A stretch of DNA of 64,000 bases from Eledone cirrhosa. Its lineage: Eukaryota. Each line of letters begins with the position of its first letter. The first letter of the stretch is position 1. This document shows positions 56,301 through 64,000 of the stretch, in pieces. The translations under genes were made by a program, and so were the position numbers. The notes below the pieces were generated by a model. That model was not told the DNA's origin and did no database searches. It was given only the letters and a program-made list of their open reading frames with translations. The stretch lies in NCBI GenBank assembly GCA_964016885.1, contig OZ024761.1, positions 6,386,001 to 6,450,000 of the forward strand, written 5' to 3'.

Positions 56301-58393
56301 AATACTGTCTAATACTGTCTAATACTGTCTAATAAAGTCTAATACTGTCTAATACTGTCTAATACTGTCTAATAAAGTCTAATACTGTCTAATACTGTCT
56401 AATAAAGTCTAATACTGTCTAATAAAGTCTAATACTGTCTAATACTGTCTAATAAAGTCTAATAAAGTCTAATAAAGTCTAATACTGTCTAATACTGTCT
56501 AATACTGTCTAATAAAGTATAATACTGTCTAATACTGTCTAATACTGTCTAATACTGTCTAATACTGTCTAATAAAGTCTAATACTGTCTAATACTGTCT
56601 AATAAAGTCTAATACTGTCTAATACTGTCTAATACTGTCCAATACTGTCTAATAAAGTCTAATACTGTCTAATACTGTCTAATAAAGTCTAATACTGTCT
56701 AATACTGTCTAATACTGTCTAATAAAGTCTAATACTGTCTAATAAAGTCTAATACTGTCTAATACTGTCTAATACTGTCTAATAAAGTCTAATACTGTCT
56801 AATACTGTCTAATAAAGTCTAATACGCTCTAATAAAGTCTAATACTGTCTAATACTGTCTAATACTGTCTAATAAAGTCTAATACTGTTTAATAAAGTCT
56901 AATACTGTCTAATAAAGTCTAATACTGTCTAATACTGTCTAATAAAGTCTAATACTGTCTAATAAAGTCTAATACTGTCTAATACTGTCTAATACTGTCT
57001 AATAAAGTCTAATACTGTCTAATACTGTCTAATACTGTCTAATACTGTCTAATACTGTCTAAAAAAGTCTAATACTGTCTAATAAATCTAATACTGTCTA
57101 ATACTGTCTAATAAAGTCTAATACTGTCTAATACTGTCTAATACTGTCTAATACTGTCTAATAAAGTCTAATACTGTCTAATACTGTCTAATACTGTCCA
57201 ATACTGTCTAATAAAGTCTAATACTGTCTAATACTGTCTAATAAAGTCTAATACTGTCTAATACTGTCTAATAAAGTCTAATACTGTCTAATACTGTCTA
57301 ATACTGTCTAATAAAGTCTAATACTGTCTAATAAAGTCTAATACTGTCTAATAAAGTCTAATACTGTCTAATACTGTCTAATAAAGTCTAATACTGTCTA
57401 ATAAAGTCTAATACTGTCTAATAAAGTCTAATACTGTCTAATAAAGTCTAATACTGTCTAATACTGTCTAATAAAGTCTAATACTGTATAATACTGTCTA
57501 ATACTGTCTAATAAAGTCTAATACTGTCTAATAAAGTCTAATACTGTCTAATACTGTCTAATAAAGTCTAATACTGTCTAATACTGTCTAATACTGTCTA
57601 ATACTGTCTAATACTGTCTAATAAAGTCTAATACTGTCTAATAAAGTCTAATACTGTCTAATAAAGTCTAATACTGTCTAATAGTGTCTAATACTGTCTA
57701 ATAAAGTCTAATACTGTCTAATAAAGTCTAATACTGTCTAATACTGTCTAATACTGTCTAATAAAGTCTAATACTGTCTAATACTGTCTAATACTGTCTA
57801 ATAAAGTCTAATACTGTCTAATAAAGTCTAATACTGTCTAATACTGTCTAATAAAGTCTAATACTGTCTAATACTGTCTAATACTGTCTAATAAAGTCTA
57901 ATACTGTCTAATAAATCTAATACTGTCTAATAAAGTCTAATACTGTCTAATACTGTCTAATACTGTCTAATACTGTCTAATACTGTCTAATACTGTCTAA
58001 TAAAGTCTAATACTGTCTAATACTGTCTAATAAAGTCTAATACTGTCTAATACTGTCTAATACTGTCTAATAAAGTCTAATACTGTCTAATAAAGTCTAA
58101 TACTGTCTAATAAAGTCTAATACTGTCTAATACTGTCTAATACTGTCTAATAAAGTCTAATACTGTCTAATAAATCTAATACTGTCTAATAAAGTCTAAT
58201 ACTGTTTAATAAATCTAATACTGTCTAATAAAGTCTAATACTGTCTAATAAATCTAATACTGTCTAATAAAGTCTAATACTGTCTAATACTGTCTAATAC
58301 TGTTATATGATAGTAATAGTCATATAAATATACTCCTCTACCTTTTATCACGGTACACTAGACATTTCTTTGTGGAACCCTTGGGAACCACCG
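53316..58393. mobile_element. Putative hAT-type MITE shell enclosing the 10-bp satellite
   Basis: Ends cagggattctcaa / ttgggaaccaccg; flanking 8-mers ggctaagt / gtctatgt (6/8 identical). Confidence 0.55.
53359..58303. repeat. 10-bp two-variant satellite (aatactgtct / aataaagtct), ~495 units
   Basis: Exact 10-bp phase from 53361 to ~57080, then a few 1-bp deletions. Confidence 0.98.
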
Positions 58394-58739
58394 GTCTATG
58401 TGATTGGGGCTACTCTAAGCATGGGTCTGTAGACTGGAGAAGGGACAGAAGAGACGAGCCTAAGGAGCATTGTTAATCCCACTACCCAATAAATAATTTA
58501 TATTATTGTCATCGTTGTCTCTTTTATCCTAATTAGTGTAGTCATGTACACCAGGTCTGAACACAGAGGAGCCAAACTCCCACTGTCATCACCTCCATCT
58601 CTCTCACCCTCCCCATCTCTCATTATTGTGAGCAAATGGGGTCCCAGGCGCTGACCGCCCCACGGCTTCGGCGGACAGAATAGAGAAGGCGTTTTTCTAG
58701 AGGGTGGTGAGGGAGATGCGCTGGAAACGTTCTCAGTTC

Positions 58740-58860
58740 AAATTGCGTTCCGAGAGCACCCGCGAAGAGCGAAAACCGCGAATATTGGACATGGTCCATA
58801 AAAGTGAAAATGTAACGTGTCCAATAAGCCGACAAATACGGTATATTTTTATTAATAATT

Positions 58861-58893
<33 letters not shown>

Positions 58894-59203
58894 ATGTATG
58901 TATGGATGTGTGTGTGTTTATGGATGTGTGTATGCATGTATGTATATGTGTGTATGGATGTGTGTGTTTATGGATGTGTATGTATATGTGTGTATGGATG
59001 TGTGTGTGTGTATGCATGTATCTGTATGTATGCATGGATGTGTGTGTGTGTGTATACATGTGCGTGCGTGTGTGTGTGTGTGTGTGTATGTATGTATTTA
59101 CGATTCCGCGAATATGCGGTGGTGTCCACGAACAATTATTAGTTAGGTTCTAAGGAAAATTACGCGAATAACCAGGACCGCGAATGCCGGGGGTAGACTA
59201 TAC
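58740..59203. mobile_element. Probable pogo/Tigger-like MITE remnant with internal (GT)-rich microsatellite; related piece at 42705-42790
   Basis: Shared gttcc.agagcacccg.gaagag.gaaaac.cgcgaatattggac; end ccgcgaatgccgggggtagacta-ta. Confidence 0.5.
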
Positions 59204-59467
59204 CAGTAATACATGTGATGACAATGGTGGGGACGAATTCTCGGGTTCGATGATGAACATATAGATGTTCAGTCCAACAATTAATGTGGTTGAGTATTCC
59301 ACACAGACACGTGTACTCTTAATATAATTCAAGAATCAGCTTCATACAATATGTTACAGCGTTTCAGCTGTTAACTTTAAGCAAAATTCATAATTCACTC
59401 AACGGCTCCAAAAAAGAAAAGTCCAGTTGTTTATTTACTAAATAAGGGAAGTTTTCTCAGCTCAGTT

Positions 59468-59735
59468 TGGTGCAGTGGGTAACATAACTGTGTGATTTAC
59501 GGCAGATGTGAGTTCGAGTCCCACTACTGGGTAACATAACTGTGTGATTTACGGCAGATGTGAGTTCGAGTCCCACTACTGGGTAACATAACTGTGTGGT
59601 TTACGGCAGATGTGGGTTCGAGTCACACTACTGGGTAACATAACTGTGTGGTTTACGGCAGATGTGAGTTCGAGTCACACTACTGGGTAACATAACTGTG
59701 TGGTTTACGGCAGATGTGAGTTCGAGTCCCACAGC
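59468..59735 (+). repeat. 52-bp tandem repeat (5 copies) of a tRNA-like/SINE head
   Basis: First copy has A box tggtgcagtggg; every unit has B box gttcgagtc. Confidence 0.88.
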
Positions 59736-60082
59736 TGTTACTGTCAACTGTTTCTACTTCACTACCAGTTTATTATAGGTCTAACTCGTTTCACTAGTTT
59801 CCATAGTCAAAGATTTGCATTGCTTTATGCTGACACACACACAACATACATACATACATACACACACACACATACATATATACATATATATATATATACA
59901 CACACACATACACATACATACACATCCATATACACACACAGATACACACACACACACATATATATGTATATACATATATATTTATATATATGTATGTAAA
60001 AGGTAAACAGAAATAACAACACAATCGGTACAGTATATGGAAGGGATATATTAGGTTAACGCTTGATATAGCAGGAAGAGGG

Positions 60083-60118
60083 TCTTAACGTTTCGGACGC
60101 TAGTCCTTCATCAGAAGA
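60083..60118 (-). ncRNA. Minimal type I hammerhead ribozyme (family G)
   Basis: tctt CTGATGA aggac-tagc-gtcc GAAA cg TT aaga; ACGT palindromic stem III. Confidence 0.82.
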
Positions 60119-60594
60119 AAGAATGAGAAATAAGATAGATTGAGGGGACGGGCGGGTTGGAATTGGAAAAAAATGTCTTTAGATAAAAATAGCAGGTCCA
60201 TTCATGTTGACATCTCTTCAAAGCAAGTTTGTTTTGAAACAGCGAGCCAAGTTTGAAATTCGTTAGAAATAGAAGCTTTCGCCGTATTTTTGACAAAAGA
60301 AACCTTAACCTGTTAATGGGGTTTAAAACCCTTTCTATATATAGTTTAGGTTATTCAGTAGTTTTGTGGTTTACCGGAGGTGGTAGCAATAATAGCACTC
60401 GGGGGCGTTGGAGAGGTTTTCTAGTCTTACCCTGTGGTCAGGGTATATCTTGCCGCCTAACTCTTTTATAATTACTCTCTGGGTTGCTGTAATTTCTGTA
60501 AGCCGCTATTTAAGGAATGCTTCCTGAGCCATCAGTCGACCTTTAGGTGCCCGGATAAACGATCATCCACGAAACTCGCGGGCCACGTATGGTC

Positions 60595-60782
60595 CCTCAA
60601 GGACTCACATAGACTACTCCATTCAATGGAAAGCCATCACTAAGTCCAAGCCATACGCAAGGGGCAATCCGTCTTGTGGACTGTGTATTGAAGAAAGGAT
60701 AAATATTCTAAGGAGATTACGCAATAGCGATTGCCTAAATTCAAGAAATGAAATCTTCACACGTTGTCCACATAATATGTCT
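60595..60782 (+). pseudogene. PLE GIY-YIG C-terminal fragment
   Basis: DYSIQWKAITKSKPYARGNPSCGLCIEERINIL....CLNSRNEIFTRCPH. Confidence 0.75.
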
Positions 60783-60783
60783 T

Positions 60784-61180
60784 GAAATTTCGGGAAAATC
60801 AGCTAGACGTAACGCCTCAAAAATGCCCTAAAAAGCTGAAAAAAATGAAGTTTTTCACCTAATACGGGCCCTAAGCCTATAAAAAAGGTTGGATTTTCTT
60901 TGCTCACGGTATGAAGAAGAGACGGGCTAATACATAGTTACAATTTCAAGGAAATCGGCCCACGTAACGCCTAAAAAAAAACCTAAAAGGCTGAAAAAAA
61001 CGCAGTTTTTCACCTAATGCGGGCCCTAGGGGATCAGAAAGTTAAATTTTTTTATGTGCATAAGATTCCCTGAAACAAGTAAAGTTTGAAAAAAATCGGT
61101 TGGGTACTTCTCGAGTTTTAGGGATTCAAACTCACAGACACACACTCACAGACAGACATCCTCAGTTTTATATATATAGA
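60784..61180 (-). mobile_element. Helitron 5' fragment (same family as 52264)
   Basis: Minus strand tctatatatataaaac..gtctgtctg..ccctaaaactcgagaa..acccaaccgatt. Confidence 0.7.
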
Positions 61181-61193
61181 TAAGTATATATAT

Positions 61194-61347
61194 ATAAACG
61201 GAAAAAATGAAACGAAATTTCATTTCCCACTCTTAGTACGGCTGTACATCTGTATACATATATGTATGTACGTGTACATACTTATATTTAAGTAGCAGCC
61301 GTACTAAGAGTGGGAAATGAAATTTCGTTTCATTTTTTTCCGTTTAT
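61194..61347. repeat. Fold-back with perfect ~50-bp arms
   Basis: ataaacggaaaaaatgaaacgaaatttcatttcccactcttagtacggctg / cagccgtactaagagtgggaaatgaaatttcgtttcattttttccgtttat. Confidence 0.9.
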
Positions 61348-61457
61348 CGTTTTCGGTGCACCCGGCCGATTAACCCACTCGATATGCAAATTGGGCTACT
61401 CAGCCGTTAATATGCATAAGGTAAGTATATACGTTCAACAATCTGGCAGGAAGGTAT

Positions 61458-61500
61458 ACGTTGCTGACGATAGCTAATAAGCTTGAAACTAGTACAGCGT
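61458..61500 (+). ncRNA. Type I hammerhead ribozyme, family B
   Basis: acgttg CTGACGA tagctaataagctt GAAA ctag TA cagcgt. Confidence 0.85.
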
Positions 61501-61620
61501 TCCTGTGTCAGTGTTGAACAAACGAGCAACGATGGTTGCTAGACACTACGGCTTAATACGGGATGTTTGTTTACAAACACACCGAGCATTATAATAAATG
61601 TTCGGTGGATATAATAAAAG

Positions 61621-61806
61621 GCGGTGGATTGGCAGTATTGGTAGAGTGTCAGATGCCATGCTTTGGCGCATAGAGTTACGGCCCTTGCCATTCTGAGTTC
61701 AAATCCCGCCGAGGTTAACTTTGCCTTTCATCCTTACGGGGTCGATAAAATAAAGTACCAGTAATACACTGGGTCATTGCTGGCCTTGTGCCTAACGTAG
61801 AAACAA
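61621..61806 (+). mobile_element. Full-length SINE family 1 with ~20-bp target-site duplication
   Basis: attataataaatgttcggtg at 61588-61607 and 61806-61825. Confidence 0.9.
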
Positions 61807-61919
61807 TTATAATAAATGTTCGGTGAATCCATACGTACATATATATATGTGTGCATGTATGTATATATATATACATACTACTGTACGTCTGTATACATAT
61901 ATGTATGTACGTGTACATA

Positions 61920-61967
<48 letters not shown>

Positions 61968-62263
61968 CTCTATTTTGTTCCATGCATTTCCTCTTTCTCT
62001 TCTTTTTCTTCCTTTTCTTCGTTTTCTGTCTTTCTTTCTGTTTTCTCTCTTTCTTTCTCTTTGTGTAAAATTTTTTCACTGCCAGCTTAAACCTCTTCAA
62101 ATGAAGTCGGTGTTATAACGGTATGTCGAATCTATTTATCTATAAAACTGTTTATATTGTATTTTGTCTGAGGAAGGCATAGCATATTGTTAATATGATA
62201 TCTCCGAAATATATATAATGAAATAAATATGGTTTTATAAATATAGTTTTCCATTTATTTAAT

Positions 62264-62302
<39 letters not shown>

Positions 62303-62560
62303 TTGCGAGGTTTTTTATATGAAATCGTGTGTCGAAACAGATATTGTTATATTTGGGGAGGGTCATATTTGCGTAATATTGCCAGAATTAATAACAGAAC
62401 ACACTCACTGTTTGGTTGGTTTTCGCTTCTCGCTGTCTTTTATATATATATATCTGCGATCTAACTTACTCGGTCCTCAATGTTGCCATTGACTGACCGG
62501 CGGTCAAAAATAATACAGATACAATATAGACAAACACATATATATATAGTTTACATAATT

Positions 62561-62604
62561 TACATAAATCTTTCGTTGCACATCTGCAACATCGTCAGTG
62601 GTGT
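62561..62604 (-). ncRNA. Hammerhead motif in PLE 3' UTR (family E position), weak stem I
   Basis: CTGACGA t-gttgca-gatg-tgcaac GAAA gatt TA tg. Confidence 0.65.
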
Positions 62605-62883
62605 TATATTCATTGTTCCTCCTGTTGTGTTGTATGTCTACGCCATTTTTTTTGTTTTTTTTGTTCAGTCTGTCTATATATTTATTTATTTATTTGCTTG
62701 TTTGTTTATCTTATTTTATTTTGTCTTCTTTGCGCATGCGTTTGCGTGTGTGTATTGTGTTATGTGTGATGTGTGACTAGTGTGTATAGTGTTGTGTCTG
62801 CTGGGTGACTAGTGTGTGTTTATGTGCTTGTGTATGTATTTATTTATCTTATTTTATTTATTTAATTTAATTTACTTATTTAT

Positions 62884-63981
62884 TTATACTTCTCTTAGGT
62901 CAGTGTTGTTTGTTTGGGTGTTGTTGTTGTTCCACTCATTCTTTCTGTTTAGCTTTGGTCTTCTAATTTCTATTTCACTGGCCTCTCTGATTTGCCTATC
63001 TGCTGGGTCATTCCTATGTTTAGATATTATTCTAATTTCTATGTTGTCTATGTTACCGTCATGTTGTTGTCTAGCATGTTCGTATAGTACTGACCCGTTT
63101 TTACGTCCTTTTAGTTCCCCCCAGTGTTGGTCTATCCTTTCACCTATGCTACGAGCTGTCTCACCTATGTATGTTGTTGTCGTGTTTCTGCAAGTACCCT
63201 CTGTACATCTTATGCTATAGACTACGTTTCTAGTTTTACAGTTTATCCGGGGGTTCACCTTACATATGATACATTTCCTATTGGTACAGTGAGTTTTCTT
63301 AAAAGGGTAGGTTTTGCTGATCAGGGATTTTATGGTGGTTCCTGGCTTTTCTACCACCTTTATTTTTAAGTGGGTCTTTCTCAGGGCCTTTCTACACTGG
63401 TTAGCTAATTTCCCTCCAGGGGTGGCGTCCACAAACATGACACTCTGATATCTCTGGTTGTCGTACCATGATGTGGCCTTCCCTATCTTATGTCTAGCCC
63501 TATCTAAGCTATTCCATGATTTGCTCCTGTATAGTGGGCAAATTCCTTTCATGTCCAGTTCTATGAGGGTCTTATACTTTTCCATGGCTCCTTCGTATAC
63601 TCTGACTCTGTCTCTTTGGTTGTAGCCAGAGAACTGCATGCGGTTGATGAAGTGTTGGATGTGTCCTTCCATTTCTGTTGGGTCGCACATGCTGGACACA
63701 TTCTTCATCACTCGTACCAAATCTGCGATCAGAATATTAAACTTAGCACTACTGGACATTGCTGAGTTTTTGAGTATCAGGTATTTGGAGGCCATGGGTT
63801 TAGCATAGTGTGAGTGGAGAATTTGGGCTCTCTCGTCTATAGTGTTAATCCAGAGTTCTGTGTCTAATACAGGTAGTCTATTGTTAGGGTGTTTGGAAGG
63901 GAAGTCTATAGTTACAGTTATACTCTGGTGTATGGAATTAGCTATCTGCTGGATGCTTTCAATGGCTAAAAAGACTCCCAT
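62884..63981 (-). mobile_element. Penelope-like element, open C-terminal ~360 codons (RT thumb, Cys linker, GIY-YIG); 5'-truncated near 63965; 3' UTR extends to ~62300
   Basis: LPVLDTELW..HYAKPM..RMQFSGY; CTNRKCIIC..CKTRNVVYSIRC..YIGETARSIGERI..H..RQIREA..LN.K.EW. Confidence 0.93.
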
Positions 63982-64000
63982 AGGAAGGTGGATTGGGTGG

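Noticed and set aside
53359-58303. Idea that the two-state array encodes information or is a telomerase product
   Set aside because: Both variants are explained by an ancestral imperfect dimer plus slippage; no template or reading mechanism is evident
60215-60530. Minus-strand peptide 'KLLFLTNFKLGSLFQNK' as another PLE family
   Set aside because: Too short and degenerate to call without a search

Overview
Eukaryotic (animal) repeat-dominated non-genic DNA. The microsatellite and SINE make-up suggests a cephalopod/mollusc such as Octopus, which is an inference. No host protein-coding gene could be supported. Nearly all long ORFs in the track are read-throughs of (TA)n/(CA)n/(CT)n tracts or of satellites. 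Real coding remnants are retrotransposon fossils: at least two Penelope-like element (PLE; RT + GIY-YIG) families, CR1-group, RTE-like and R4/Dong-like LINE pieces. There are also many tRNA-derived SINEs, a non-autonomous Helitron, hAT/pogo MITE remnants and large tandem arrays (68, 54, ~15, 49, 97, 30, 52 and 10 bp units). The main unannotated signal, found by reading both strands by eye, is a very dense set of type I hammerhead ribozyme (HHR) motifs: about 18 with an intact CUGANGA/GAAA core, 5 copies of a family with a fixed CAGAAGA (U4A) core, and several decayed ones. They lie in PLE 3' ends and in short fold-back elements at (TA)n tracts whose two arms point their 3' ends outward. All structures were folded by eye and coordinates may be off by a few bases.
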